64,000 nt of DNA, taken from positions 15,215 to 79,214 of the forward strand of contig MHVD01000002.1 in assembly GCA_001823695.1 (NCBI GenBank), given 5' to 3'. Numbering within the stretch: position 1 is the first letter of the stretch; every line of letters begins with the position of its first letter. Shown here one piece after another: positions 28,312-38,385 of this stretch. The translations under genes and the position numbers were made by a program. This DNA comes from Candidatus Zambryskibacteria bacterium RIFCSPHIGHO2_01_FULL_43_25 (GTDB lineage Bacteria; Patescibacteriota; Minisyncoccia; Phycocordibacterales; Zambryskibacteraceae). The notes beneath the pieces were generated by a model. That model saw only the letters and a list, made by a program, of their open reading frames with translations. It was not told the DNA's origin and ran no database searches.

Positions 28312-28782
28312 CTATTGATGCTTCAAATCTCTTAAAACTACAATTGCAGAGATTAAGCTCAGCAGGAATATTGTTGAACCGAAGAAACAAGGAGTAAGAA
28401 ATGGATTGGTGATAAGCTGTCCGGAGCAACCTATAACTTCTGTAGTCTGAGCTCCGTAAAATCTCAGCAACTCCAAAGTCATATTGGTCCAAGCAAAAAT
28501 GTTTCCAGCTACAAGTAAAATTAAAAGCCTTTTAATATTTTTTATTTGCGCAGGTAACTCTTTTTTGCCGATTTTTATAACCCAGATAAGAGCTATGAGA
28601 AATGCTATAGCGCCATAGAAGCACGGGGTGGTTACCGGATTTGGAGTAAAACAGTCTTGTATCTTAAATATAGTGCCTTCTATTTTCGCGAACCTTAAAA
28701 AGTCATTTGCGACAGAAAGCCAAGCGAAAACTGTGCCTGCTAAAAGCGGTAAAAATATAATTCTATATGTTTGTTTTTCCAT
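28312..28782 (-). CDS. 4-TM membrane protein with duplicated C...NPxxTPCF motif
   Basis: DCFTPNPVTTPCFYG and GCSGQLITNPFLTPCFFG. Confidence 0.7.
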   Translation of the reverse strand: MEKQTYRIIFLPLLAGTVFAWLSVANDFLRFAKIEGTIFKIQDCFTPNPVTTPCFYGAIAFLIALIWVIKIGKKELPAQIKNIKRLLILLVAGNIFAWTNMTLELLRFYGAQTTEVIGCSGQLITNPFLTPCFFGSTIFLLSLISAIVVLRDLKHQ

Positions 28783-29467
28783 ATTGATTATTGCTAGTAA
28801 CTAGGACTTTATTTTTTGCCCGGTTCAATAAAAGTGAAAAAGTCAACATCCAAATTGACGAAAGTATTTCAATTAGTAGTGGTAGAGTATCTATTTTAAA
28901 ACGCATTGTTAAAAAAACTAGAACTGCAAGAAGCGTAGCAATCATGGCTGTAACAAGTGGCATTTTTTTGCTGTTTAGTTCCGCAAACATCTTCTCAAAA
29001 GCAGTTAGGAATCTTTTTGAAATGTCCTGGAAAATAAAAAATAGAATTAATACAGAGATTGTATAAAATGTAACAGGATCAGATTTTCCTGGTGATGACC
29101 CAAATATCACCATAACCATTATAACAGTAAGTATTAGAAAAATACCTATAAGAACAGTAAAAAAAGACTTAATACATGTAACCAACCAAATTGATATGGA
29201 TCCATTTGGACTTTTATTAGGAGTTATTTTTTGCAAATACTTAATGAAGATCGTGGAAATTATAATAAAAAATACAAAACTTGTAGGAATTAATGATAAT
29301 ATTGGGACAGGTAGAAAAGTAATTTCAGGCATTGACATTATTGTAGGGGGTGTGGGTTTATTATAATTTATTATGAATATTGGAAGAGTTGAAATAATGA
29401 TCCCCAATAACGAACAAAGCAAAGCAACTATTAAAAACCCGTGTTTTATAAGAAAAGAGTTTTTCAT
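28763..29467 (-). CDS. Hypothetical polytopic membrane protein (AT-rich)
   Basis: About 6 hydrophobic segments. It starts right after the thrS stop. Confidence 0.6.
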   Translation of the reverse strand: MKNSFLIKHGFLIVALLCSLLGIIISTLPIFIINYNKPTPPTIMSMPEITFLPVPILSLIPTSFVFFIIISTIFIKYLQKITPNKSPNGSISIWLVTCIKSFFTVLIGIFLILTVIMVMVIFGSSPGKSDPVTFYTISVLILFFIFQDISKRFLTAFEKMFAELNSKKMPLVTAMIATLLAVLVFLTMRFKIDTLPLLIEILSSIWMLTFSLLLNRAKNKVLVTSNNQYGKTNI

Positions 29468-29468
29468 A

Positions 29469-31220
29469 TTATTTTCTATTGTTAATTTCTTCTTTGATTT
29501 GGCTGACAAAATCTTCTAGTTTCAAAGAACCGATATTACCTTTGTCTCTGCTTTCAACTGAAACATTTTTGTTTTCAATTTCTTTATCTCCGATAACGAT
29601 CCAGTAAGGGATTTTTTGCATCTTAACTCCGCGGACTTTCTTGCCAACGCTCTCATCTGAATTATCCAGTTCTGCCCTGATATTCTCTGCCATTAAGCTT
29701 TTTACCACCATCTGAACGTATTCTCTATGCTTTTCTCCCACTGACAAAACCTTTACCTGCACCGGGGAGAGCCAGATCGGAAACGCCCCAGCGTAATGCT
29801 CAATTAAAAAACCAATAAAACGCTCATGAGTTCCCAAGGGCGCGCGGTGAATGCACACAGGGGTCTTATCCTTTCCGTCTTTGTCGGTGTAAACTAGACC
29901 AAAACGACGAGGTTGGGCGAAATCAACTTGGTTGGTCGCCAATGTAAACTCGCGTCCAATAGCACTCCATACCTGCACATCAATTTTAGGTCCGTAAAAT
30001 GCAGCTTCATTTGGCACTTCAACAAACGGGATCTTGGATTCAATTAGAGTTTTGCGCACCATATCTTCTGTTTTTTTCCATAACTCTGGTTCGTCGACAT
30101 ACTTTTGGCCAAGATGTTTTGGGTCGTGGGTTGAGAAACGCATCAAATATTTTTTTATACCGAAAATCTGAAAGTAATTTATGTACATATCATTAACAGC
30201 TCTGAATTCGCTCGGAAATTGTTCCTCGGTGCAGTACATATGCGCATCATTCATCTGCAAAAATCTAACACGCATAAGCCCGAATAATTCTCCGGATTTC
30301 TCGTTTCGATATACCGTTCCGTATTCTGCGAGCCGCAGGGGCAAGTCGCGGTAGCTTCTCGATTCAGAAGCGAAAATCTTGTGATGATGAGGGCAGTTCA
30401 TTGCTCTGAGATAATACCTGCCGCCCTCGCATTCCATAGGCGGATACATACTTTCCTGGTAATAGGGAAGATGCCCGCTTTTTATGTACATTGATTCTTT
30501 TGCGATATGGGGGGTTCTTACCCTTTTATATCCAGCCTTAAACTCAGTTTCACTTGCCAACTTCTCAAGTTCCTCAATTATGACAGCTCCATTAGGAAGC
30601 CAAAGAGGCAGACCAGGTCCGACGTCGTCATCAAATGTAAAAATTTTCAGTTCTTTGCCAAGTTTCCTGTGATCTCTTTTCTCAGCTTCTTCTTGCTGTT
30701 TTATATAATCTTCAAGTTCTTTTTTATCATTGAAAGCCAATCCGTATATTCGGGTGAGCATTTGGTTTTTTTCATCTCCCCGCCAATAGGCGCCGGCAAT
30801 CTTGTCTAGTTTGAAAGAATCAGGTTTTATGTTTTTTGCGCTTTTTATATGTCCGCCTCGGCAGAGGTCGGTGAATTTACCCGAGGTGTAGAGCGTTATC
30901 TTTTCTCCCTTTCCCGCTATTTCATTGATAAGTTCTTTTTTATAAGGGTTATCTTTGTACAGAATCAGCGCTTCTTCTTGGGTTGTCTCGCGTCCTTCAA
31001 ACTTGTCCCAAGTCTTGAGGATGTCCCTCATTTTTTTCTCAATTACAGGTAATTCGCTGTCAGTTATTTTTCGGTCTTTGAAATCAAAGTCGTAATAAAA
31101 GCCGTTTTCAATCGCCGGCCCTAATGTAGGGAGTGCGTTTGGGTAAACTTCTAAAACAGCCGCAGCAAGCAAGTGGGAAAGGGAATGTCTTAAAACCCCG
31201 ATATCTTCATCTTTAGTCAT
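29469..31220 (-). CDS. thrS: Threonine-tRNA ligase (no TGS domain)
   Basis: RHSLSH, DLCRGGH, RDHRKLG, MNCPHH, FYGPKID and HYAGAFP. Confidence 0.97.
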   Translation of the reverse strand: MTKDEDIGVLRHSLSHLLAAAVLEVYPNALPTLGPAIENGFYYDFDFKDRKITDSELPVIEKKMRDILKTWDKFEGRETTQEEALILYKDNPYKKELINEIAGKGEKITLYTSGKFTDLCRGGHIKSAKNIKPDSFKLDKIAGAYWRGDEKNQMLTRIYGLAFNDKKELEDYIKQQEEAEKRDHRKLGKELKIFTFDDDVGPGLPLWLPNGAVIIEELEKLASETEFKAGYKRVRTPHIAKESMYIKSGHLPYYQESMYPPMECEGGRYYLRAMNCPHHHKIFASESRSYRDLPLRLAEYGTVYRNEKSGELFGLMRVRFLQMNDAHMYCTEEQFPSEFRAVNDMYINYFQIFGIKKYLMRFSTHDPKHLGQKYVDEPELWKKTEDMVRKTLIESKIPFVEVPNEAAFYGPKIDVQVWSAIGREFTLATNQVDFAQPRRFGLVYTDKDGKDKTPVCIHRAPLGTHERFIGFLIEHYAGAFPIWLSPVQVKVLSVGEKHREYVQMVVKSLMAENIRAELDNSDESVGKKVRGVKMQKIPYWIVIGDKEIENKNVSVESRDKGNIGSLKLEDFVSQIKEEINNRK

Positions 31221-31278
31221 ATCTAAATATTACACCGAAACATGGCTTATAAAAAGGTTATTTTAGGGTAATTTTTGC

Positions 31279-31308
31279 TTGACAGAATTATATAAAATAT
31301 GCTATAAT
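31279..31308 (+). promoter_or_regulatory. Consensus sigma70 promoter with no downstream ORF
   Basis: TTGACA-N18-TATAAT with an extended TG. Confidence 0.7.
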
Positions 31309-31335
31309 TAAACATAGATAAGGGACTGTTAAATG

Positions 31336-31385
31336 ACCCGCCTAGTATCCGTCAGCTGACGGAGAACGGCGGGTTTCGTTTTTTC
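31336..31385 (+). terminator. Terminator hairpin enclosing the TCCGTCAGCTGACGGA palindrome
   Basis: ACCCGCC...GGCGGGT followed by TTCGTTTTTT. Confidence 0.65.
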
Positions 31386-31394
31386 ACATTTACG

Positions 31395-31436
31395 AACAAC
31401 GCATAAAAAACGCTATAGCGTTTTTTATGCGTTGTT
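31395..31436. repeat. 42-bp perfect loop-less palindrome
   Basis: AACAACGCATAAAAAACGCTA|TAGCGTTTTTTATGCGTTGTT. Confidence 0.95.
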
Positions 31437-31444
31437 GTGCGGTT

Positions 31445-34400
31445 TTAAAAAATTCTTATTTTCTCAGCGATTATTGAAATAGAATTGTTTCTCTTTGAAA
31501 CAGAGCCGACGACTACCACGCAATTTTCGGGTTTTATTACCTCTTTAAATTCATTTAGAACTCTGGGAAAAACCACTACTTCCATAGAATCTGATAAATC
31601 AGCTATACGAACAAACATCATTTTCTCATTTCCTTTCGTAATTACTTCGCGCGCATCTTCAATAATTCCGGCTACTGTTGCTCGAAGGCCTTCGGGGAAC
31701 TCCTTTTTTATTCTGGCGATATTTACACTCCGTTCTTCAAGTTTACTCTTGTACTGGTTGAGCGGATGGCCTGAAATATAAAGTCCCAAGAGTTCCTTTT
31801 CCCATACCAGTTTGTCTTTTTCTGTCGCTGGTTTTGATTTGGATAGGGTCAACCTTGAAGTTTGTGAATTTTCAGACATCAAGCCAAACAAAGAATCTTG
31901 AGCTTTTACACCTTGGGCGCTTTCTTTGTGAAAAGTAAGCAAAGTTTCGAGATTTTGGAGCATCTGTCCTCTTTCGCCAAACTCTTCCAGCGCTCCCGCT
32001 TTGATAAGCGATTCAAGAGATTTTTTGTTCAAGTTTCTGTCTCCCACCCTCTCCAAGAAATCGGCAAGAGATGTGTATTTTCCGCCTTCTTTTCTTTCTC
32101 TAACAATTGATTGCGAAATTCCCTCGCCGAAGTTCTTTATCGTAGCAAGCCCGAATCTGATTTTGTCGGGGCTTCCAGCTCCTCTGACTACCGAAAACCC
32201 GCGGAAACTTTCATTGGCGCTTGGCGGCATAACAGGAATATTCATTCTTTTGCACTCTGATATTATCTCACCGACTTTTTCTACATCTCCGGAGTCGGCA
32301 GTGAGTACGGCTGACATATAGATAGCAGGGTAATTCGCTTTAAAATAAGCGGTTTGATAAGCAACCCGCCCATAACTTGCGGCGTGTGCTTTGTTGAATC
32401 CATAAGCGGCAAATGGTTCTATCCAAGTCCAGAGCTCCACAGCTTTTTTGTGTGGCCAATTGCTGTGGGAGATACAACCGTCTATAAATTTTTCCTTTTG
32501 TGCCACCATTTCTTTAGGAATTTTCTTGCCGACCGCCTTTCTGAATTTGTCCACCTCTCCCCAGGTATATCCGGCTATGTCTTTGGCAATAAGAAGAAGG
32601 TCGTCTTGATAAACAAGGACCCCGTATGTTCTCTCAAGTATTGGTGCAAGTGCCATATCAAGATATTTTATTAAAGATGGGTTGTGCTTCCTCTTTATAA
32701 ATTCTGGAATAAACTGCATTGGTCCCGGGCGATAAAGAGCAACCATCGCATTTATATCATGGATCGTTGAAGGTTTGAGTTCCATCAGGAATTTCGTCAT
32801 TGCTTCACCGTTGAGCTGGAACAATCCTTCTGTTTCTCCGCGGGCAAGTATGCTGAATGTTTTCGGATCATCAAGCGGGATATTTTCTGGGTCAATGAGT
32901 TTTTCTTCGATTGCCCTTATGCGGTCTACGGTATCAGCAAGTATTGATAGATTTTTTAGTCCCAGAAAGTCAAATTTAAGCAAGCCAGCATCTTCTACGC
33001 TGTACATATCGTATTGAGTAATGATTTTCCTTTCACCTTTTGGGTCGTACTGGAGCGGAACATAATCGGTAATATCAGTCGGCGAGATAATCACGCCAGC
33101 TGCGTGGACGGAAATGTGCCTGGCGCACCCCTCAATTTTCCTCGCCATGTCTATTACTTCTCTGACGTCGTCCTCCTTTTGGTATATATCTTTAAGCTCG
33201 GGGATCATCTCAAAAGCCCTATCAATTGTCATAGGGAAGCCTTGGGAACCAAAGGGCATAAGTCTGGCGATACGGTCGCCCGTGCTGTAAGGATAACCCA
33301 GCGCTCTAGCAACGTCTCTCACTGCTCCCCGGGCCATCATAGTTCCAAATGTTCCGATCTGGGCAACCTTATCTGCGCCATATTTTTGCCTGGCGTATTC
33401 AATCATTTCGTCACGCCTGTTGTCAGCGAAATCCATATCAATATCTGGGGGTGACGGTCTTTCCGGGTTGAGAAATCGTTCAAACGGCAAACCGTATTCT
33501 ATAGGATTTACATTTGTAATCCCGGCAAGATAAGTGACCATTGACCCGGCAACTGACCCCCTAATGTTTGTGAGGATTCCATTTTCATGCGCATACCTTA
33601 GCAAGTCACCGACAACCAGGAAATATGGAGCATAGCCCTTATCGTTTATGATTTTCAATTCATATTCTATTCTTTCTTCAACTTCTTTGGTTTTTTTCAG
33701 ACCTCTTTTGTCTAGGCCTTCACAAACCAATCGCCTTAATTCTTTGTCCGGGGAAAGACCACTTTCAACTTTGAAATCAGGGAAAACCCAGGAACCGAAT
33801 TTCAACTCGAGATTACAGCTCCCAACTATCTCGTCGACTGACGATAGGGCTTCGGGAATATTTTTAAAAGCTTCAGTCATCTGTTCTCTGTCTCTGAATG
33901 AAAAGTCCTTCTCTTCTTCGTCAAACTCATGTCGCCCCCTGTCGGAATTTGTTTGCACCGACATCAAAGTCTGCCAAGCTTTCTTATCTTCGGGATTTAT
34001 ATAAAAAATATCTTGAGCAGCGACAACCTTTATGTTTTCTTTTTTTGCAAATTCCAAAAGTTCTTTCATAAGTTCAGCATGACCGGGAATTTCTGGGTGG
34101 TAAGTTAATTCAATGAAGAAATTTTTTCTACCAAAAATATTTTTGTACCGGTCAGCAATATCAGTCGCTTTTTTTCTATCCTTGTTGCGCAGAGCTTTGG
34201 CGATTTCTCCGGAGTTGGAAGGTGATATGGCCGTTAGTCCTTCGGAGTATTTCTCCAGTAGCTCTTTATCAATTCTCGGCTTGTAATAAAATCCTTCCAA
34301 GTGCGATAAGCTGGTGAGTTTTATTAGGTTTTTATAACCTGTCTCGTCCCGCGCCAACAATATCAATCTGAATCTTGTATTGTCTACACCGGCCTGCTTG

Positions 34401-34630
34401 TCGTGTCTTGTTCGCAACGCAACATAAGCATCCACTCCTATTATCGGTTTGATGTCGTTCTTTTTGCACTCCTGGAAAAATTCAATCGCTCCGTATAGAT
34501 TCCCGTTGTCAGTCAAAGCCAGCGCTTTCATGCCAAATTTTTTTGCCGCAGAAACCAATTCCGGTATTTTAGGCAAAGCGCCCAAGAGACTATAGTGGCT
34601 ATGGGTATGGAGATGAGAGAAGGAAGACAT
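31445..34630 (-). CDS. dnaE: DNA polymerase III alpha subunit
   Basis: PHP motif HLHTHSHYSLL, RGSVAGS, PPDIDMDF, KFDFLGL and an OB-fold C-terminus. Confidence 0.97.
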   Translation of the reverse strand: MSSFSHLHTHSHYSLLGALPKIPELVSAAKKFGMKALALTDNGNLYGAIEFFQECKKNDIKPIIGVDAYVALRTRHDKQAGVDNTRFRLILLARDETGYKNLIKLTSLSHLEGFYYKPRIDKELLEKYSEGLTAISPSNSGEIAKALRNKDRKKATDIADRYKNIFGRKNFFIELTYHPEIPGHAELMKELLEFAKKENIKVVAAQDIFYINPEDKKAWQTLMSVQTNSDRGRHEFDEEEKDFSFRDREQMTEAFKNIPEALSSVDEIVGSCNLELKFGSWVFPDFKVESGLSPDKELRRLVCEGLDKRGLKKTKEVEERIEYELKIINDKGYAPYFLVVGDLLRYAHENGILTNIRGSVAGSMVTYLAGITNVNPIEYGLPFERFLNPERPSPPDIDMDFADNRRDEMIEYARQKYGADKVAQIGTFGTMMARGAVRDVARALGYPYSTGDRIARLMPFGSQGFPMTIDRAFEMIPELKDIYQKEDDVREVIDMARKIEGCARHISVHAAGVIISPTDITDYVPLQYDPKGERKIITQYDMYSVEDAGLLKFDFLGLKNLSILADTVDRIRAIEEKLIDPENIPLDDPKTFSILARGETEGLFQLNGEAMTKFLMELKPSTIHDINAMVALYRPGPMQFIPEFIKRKHNPSLIKYLDMALAPILERTYGVLVYQDDLLLIAKDIAGYTWGEVDKFRKAVGKKIPKEMVAQKEKFIDGCISHSNWPHKKAVELWTWIEPFAAYGFNKAHAASYGRVAYQTAYFKANYPAIYMSAVLTADSGDVEKVGEIISECKRMNIPVMPPSANESFRGFSVVRGAGSPDKIRFGLATIKNFGEGISQSIVRERKEGGKYTSLADFLERVGDRNLNKKSLESLIKAGALEEFGERGQMLQNLETLLTFHKESAQGVKAQDSLFGLMSENSQTSRLTLSKSKPATEKDKLVWEKELLGLYISGHPLNQYKSKLEERSVNIARIKKEFPEGLRATVAGIIEDAREVITKGNEKMMFVRIADLSDSMEVVVFPRVLNEFKEVIKPENCVVVVGSVSKRNNSISIIAEKIRIF

Positions 34631-34723
34631 GCCCAGATATAATATCAGGTAAAGCGGCGGAAACAGCGCTTCTTCGTGGAAATCTAATTGACAGAGAGAG
34701 CTTATGGCATCTATCATGTATGT

Positions 34724-35266
34724 ATGTCAAACTCTCTGCCAAAAAAAGAAGAAAAAAACAGGGGTTTCAGCCTAGTTGAATTGCTTGTGGTTGTTGGAAT
34801 AATCGCGATTTTGATTTCTGTGGTAATAGTCGGGTCGCAAACTGTCCGTTCGCGAGGCAGGGACGCGCAGGTTAGGTCGGACGTTTCAACGATCATTTTG
34901 GCGTTTGAGAGATTCAGGAATAACAGTGCCGATAGTCCTAACTATAGATATCCTGGAGTTTATAACCAAGTCCAATGTTTGAAAGCAAGCGGTACATGCT
35001 GGGGTGGAGCATATAACGGCAATTCAACAATTAGCGCCAATCTGGCGAACTATCTCTCTACTATACCTACACCTCCCGGCACCAAGTCTGGTGAGTTGAG
35101 GCATGATGCCTACCTGTTTTACTCAGGCAGTTCCGATCCGTTCGGTTTGGGAATCGGCAATGGTAGTTGGCTGGTGTGGCCCCAGGAGAAACCTATTCCT
35201 GACTGTAAGGGTTTAGCAAGACAAGAAAGCGATGGAATATACTACTGCTATCAGCTACTTCGTTAG
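34724..35266 (+). CDS. Type IV pilin / pseudopilin
   Basis: Prepilin motif RG|FSLVELLVVVGIIAIL, RDAQVRSD and Cys pairs. Confidence 0.92.
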   Translation: MSNSLPKKEEKNRGFSLVELLVVVGIIAILISVVIVGSQTVRSRGRDAQVRSDVSTIILAFERFRNNSADSPNYRYPGVYNQVQCLKASGTCWGGAYNGNSTISANLANYLSTIPTPPGTKSGELRHDAYLFYSGSSDPFGLGIGNGSWLVWPQEKPIPDCKGLARQESDGIYYCYQLLR

Positions 35267-35299
35267 AAGACTGGAAGAACTTAAAGTTCCAAACCAAAA

Positions 35300-35893
35300 A
35301 TGAAAGTCAGATACATTGTGGGAGTTGATGAGGCGGGCAGGGGGCCTCTGGCCGGCCCCGTCTCTGTTGGCGTTGTGGCGATTCCAGTCAAATTGTCAAA
35401 AAATTATAAAAATATAAAAAACAGCAAACTGTTGTCCAAAAAAAGAAGGGAGGAATGGTTTTCTGTCTTAAAAAAAGAGAGAAAAGAAGGGAAACTAAAC
35501 TGGGGTGTCTCCACGGTCAGTCATTTGATTGTTGATAGGGACGGTATTTCCAGAGCCGTAAGGGTGGCTATCAGAAGAAGTTTGAAAAAAATTGATGTTG
35601 AACCGAAGGAATGCAGGATTCTTCTTGACGGCGGGCTTAAAGCGCCTAAGGAATTTGCATTCCAAGAGACTTTTATAAGAGGCGATGAAAGAATTTCTAT
35701 AATAGCTCTGGCTTCAATCGTTGCAAAGGTTTATCGAGACAAGAAGATGACCAGACTGGCGAAGGTCTATCCGGAATTTAAGTTTGATATTCACAAGGGC
35801 TATGGCACGAAACTCCACAGGAGACTTATAAGAAAATACGGGCCGTCTCCGATACACAGGATTTCTTTTCTGACGCGAATTCTGACTAAGTAA
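35300..35893 (+). CDS. rnhB: Ribonuclease HII
   Basis: GVDEAGRGPLAGP, ASIVAKVYRD and HKGYGT. Confidence 0.96.
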   Translation: MKVRYIVGVDEAGRGPLAGPVSVGVVAIPVKLSKNYKNIKNSKLLSKKRREEWFSVLKKERKEGKLNWGVSTVSHLIVDRDGISRAVRVAIRRSLKKIDVEPKECRILLDGGLKAPKEFAFQETFIRGDERISIIALASIVAKVYRDKKMTRLAKVYPEFKFDIHKGYGTKLHRRLIRKYGPSPIHRISFLTRILTK

Positions 35894-36068
35894 CCTACCC
35901 GCCATAAGCCTAGTACCATACTTAGCAAAAATAGAAATGGTAGCAGTTTATCCGAATGAAGTAATGCTTTTGACAGCAGGCGATTGACAGGCGAGTTGAC
36001 ATTTGTATATTTTGATATTACTATACTAACAGATTGCACCTCCGGAGAAACATTTGCAAGGAGTCAGC

Positions 36069-36341
36069 ATGGACCTATCAAATGATGAGAAAGGCCGGCG
36101 GTTTGGCTTCTTTTACTTTGGTGGTTATCCAGTGAGAGAGGAAGAGAGAATCGCTGGTTTTGGCTGGGAAGGGGAACCCGGTGCCGTAGTTCCAAAGCGC
36201 TTTGACGATGAGGCATTCAATGAGCTGCTGGGTGATCCCATAGTTCCGAAGTCTCAGCCACAGAAGAGAATCAGCCAACCACCATCTCCGGCCGAAACAA
36301 AGCCCGCTGGGTTTTGGGAAGGGGACGAGCCTATCCGCTAG
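36069..36341 (+). CDS. Orphan hypothetical protein (cassette)
   Basis: TTGACA-N17-TACTAT promoter, AGGAG SD and a downstream terminator. Confidence 0.55.
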   Translation: MDLSNDEKGRRFGFFYFGGYPVREEERIAGFGWEGEPGAVVPKRFDDEAFNELLGDPIVPKSQPQKRISQPPSPAETKPAGFWEGDEPIR

Positions 36342-36361
36342 CCCGGATCTTCGGATGTATG

Positions 36362-36400
36362 TGCCCCAGCGCGCTTTCGCGCGCTGGGGCATTGCTTTTT
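36362..36400 (+). terminator. Intrinsic terminator
   Basis: TGCCCCAGCGCGC-TTTC-GCGCGCTGGGGCA followed by a T-run. Confidence 0.8.
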
Positions 36401-36428
36401 ACCTGATTTTATATACAATGTGCCTATT

Positions 36429-36692
36429 ATGGTTGTAAGAATGCGTCATACCAGGTCCCATACGAGGAATCGCCGCGCTCATCATGCCTTGAAAGAGCGG
36501 GCTTTATCGGCTTGCAGTCATTGTGGCGCTGTTAAGAAAAACCACTTAGTCTGCATGAATTGCGGCTACTACAGGGAGAGGGAAATTATTGACGTTATAT
36601 CAAGCACGTCAAAAAAAGAAGCAAAGAAAAAGAATAAAAAGGCGGAGGCCGGAGCGGAAGCAAAGGCGGAAGCCAAAGAAGAATCCAAATAG
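36429..36692 (+). CDS. rpmF: 50S ribosomal protein L32
   Basis: RRAHHAL, CSHCG, H.VCMNCGYY and the rpmF-nusB-rnc-smc context. Confidence 0.93.
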   Translation: MVVRMRHTRSHTRNRRAHHALKERALSACSHCGAVKKNHLVCMNCGYYREREIIDVISSTSKKEAKKKNKKAEAGAEAKAEAKEESK

Positions 36693-36717
36693 AGAAGAAG
36701 TTGTTCTTTAGAACCTT

Positions 36718-37632
36718 ATGGCAAATCGGCACCTCGCAAGATCAGTAGTAATGCAGTCCCTGTTTGAATGGGATTTTAGAGGGTTTGATAAAAAGACGGC
36801 CCTAAAAGTCCTTGAAAGGAATGTTGAAGAATTTGCCGCGGGTGAAAACGACATCGATTTCATAGAAAATCTGTACAAAACAGTCTTGGAAAAGCGCAAA
36901 GAACTAGACCTCATCATTACCAAAGCCGCACCAGACTGGCCTGTAGAAAAAATATCAATTATTGACCGGAATGTCCTGCGCATCGGGCTTTCCGAGCTTT
37001 TATTTGCTGATAGGAAAGAAGTTCCGCCGAAAGTCGCCATAAATGAAGCGATTGAATTGGCAAAAAATTTTGGCGGCGAAACAAGCGGCAAGTTCGTAAA
37101 CGGAGTTTTAGGCGCCGTGTACAAAGAAATGGGAGAGCCGGGCAAAGATGAAGTTTCAACTAAAAAGAAAAATCCTGATAATATCCCTGATGAAAAAGCC
37201 CCCCTTCTTATTTTAGGTGGAGCTGTGGTATATTCTGAAAAAGAAGGCAGAATTTACATAGCTTTGGTTCATGACGTATTTGGCCATTGGACCTTGTCTA
37301 AGGGTAAACTCGAAGATAATGAAGATATAAAAGCTGGTACTATTCGTGAGATAAAAGAAGAATTAGGACTCGATATTGAGATAGAACAAGAATTAGGCGT
37401 AAACGAATACATTGCCTATCACCCTGAACACGGAAAACTACGCAAGAGGGTGTATTACTTTTTAGCAAGGTCGCAGTACGCAGAAATGATTTTGGAGAAA
37501 GAAGGCGGTCTTGATAATGCCAAATGGTTTTCCTTGGACCAGATCGCCGAACTCAACTTTTATGACGATGTTTTGCCGCTTGTAACCAAGGCAGTCATGA
37601 TACTTGCCAGAGCGCAGCAGAATAAAAAATAA
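36718..37632 (+). CDS. nusB: NusB fused to a C-terminal NUDIX hydrolase
   Basis: IDRNVLR, VAINEAIELAK and FVNGVL, followed by the NUDIX box GKLEDNEDIKAGTIREIKEELGL. Confidence 0.92.
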   Translation: MANRHLARSVVMQSLFEWDFRGFDKKTALKVLERNVEEFAAGENDIDFIENLYKTVLEKRKELDLIITKAAPDWPVEKISIIDRNVLRIGLSELLFADRKEVPPKVAINEAIELAKNFGGETSGKFVNGVLGAVYKEMGEPGKDEVSTKKKNPDNIPDEKAPLLILGGAVVYSEKEGRIYIALVHDVFGHWTLSKGKLEDNEDIKAGTIREIKEELGLDIEIEQELGVNEYIAYHPEHGKLRKRVYYFLARSQYAEMILEKEGGLDNAKWFSLDQIAELNFYDDVLPLVTKAVMILARAQQNKK

Positions 37633-37633
37633 A

Positions 37634-38323
37634 ATGGACTTTTCTTTGTTTGAAAACAAAATAGGCATAAATTTCAAAGATAAAAACCTGCTTAAACAGG
37701 CATTTGTCCACCGTTCGTATCTAAATGAAAACCGCGATTTTCCCCTAGGACACAACGAAAGGCTAGAGTTTCTGGGCGACGCGGTCTTGGAGCTTGTGGT
37801 AACGGAGGATCTGTACAGCCGTTTTCCCGAAAAGAATGAGGGAGAGATGACCAGTCTTCGCTCGGCCCTTGTCAACGCGAACACTCTCCATCTGGTCGCC
37901 AACAATCTCGGGGTCAATGGCTTTTTACTTCTTTCTCGCGGGGAGTCCAAAGACACCGGCCGGGCCAGACAATATATTCTGGCAAACACCATTGAATCCA
38001 TAATTGGCTCTATCTATATGGACCAAGGATACGAAGCGGCCAAGAAATTCGTCCACGACCACATCACCCCATTGATTGAGGCGATAATTTCGGAAGGCAG
38101 TTTTATGGACGCCAAGAGCACGTTCCAGGAAAAATCTCAAGACGAATACGGCATAACTCCCGTCTATAAGACGATTAAAGAATCAGGCCCGGATCATGAC
38201 AAGAAGTTTACCATTGGCGTTTTCATAGGCGATCAGCCCATTGCTTCGGGAGAAGGCGACTCAAAACAAGACGCCGAACAAGAAGCAGCCAGAAAAGCTT
38301 TGAAAAAAAAGAACTGGATGTAG
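37634..38323 (+). CDS. rnc: Ribonuclease III
   Basis: HNERLEFLGDAVLEL and a dsRBD. Confidence 0.97.
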   Translation: MDFSLFENKIGINFKDKNLLKQAFVHRSYLNENRDFPLGHNERLEFLGDAVLELVVTEDLYSRFPEKNEGEMTSLRSALVNANTLHLVANNLGVNGFLLLSRGESKDTGRARQYILANTIESIIGSIYMDQGYEAAKKFVHDHITPLIEAIISEGSFMDAKSTFQEKSQDEYGITPVYKTIKESGPDHDKKFTIGVFIGDQPIASGEGDSKQDAEQEAARKALKKKNWM

Positions 38324-38385
38324 GGACAGTCAGGGAAGTTTATAAGCTGTTAATTTATCAAATTTTATAAATTGGGTAAGTTGAG

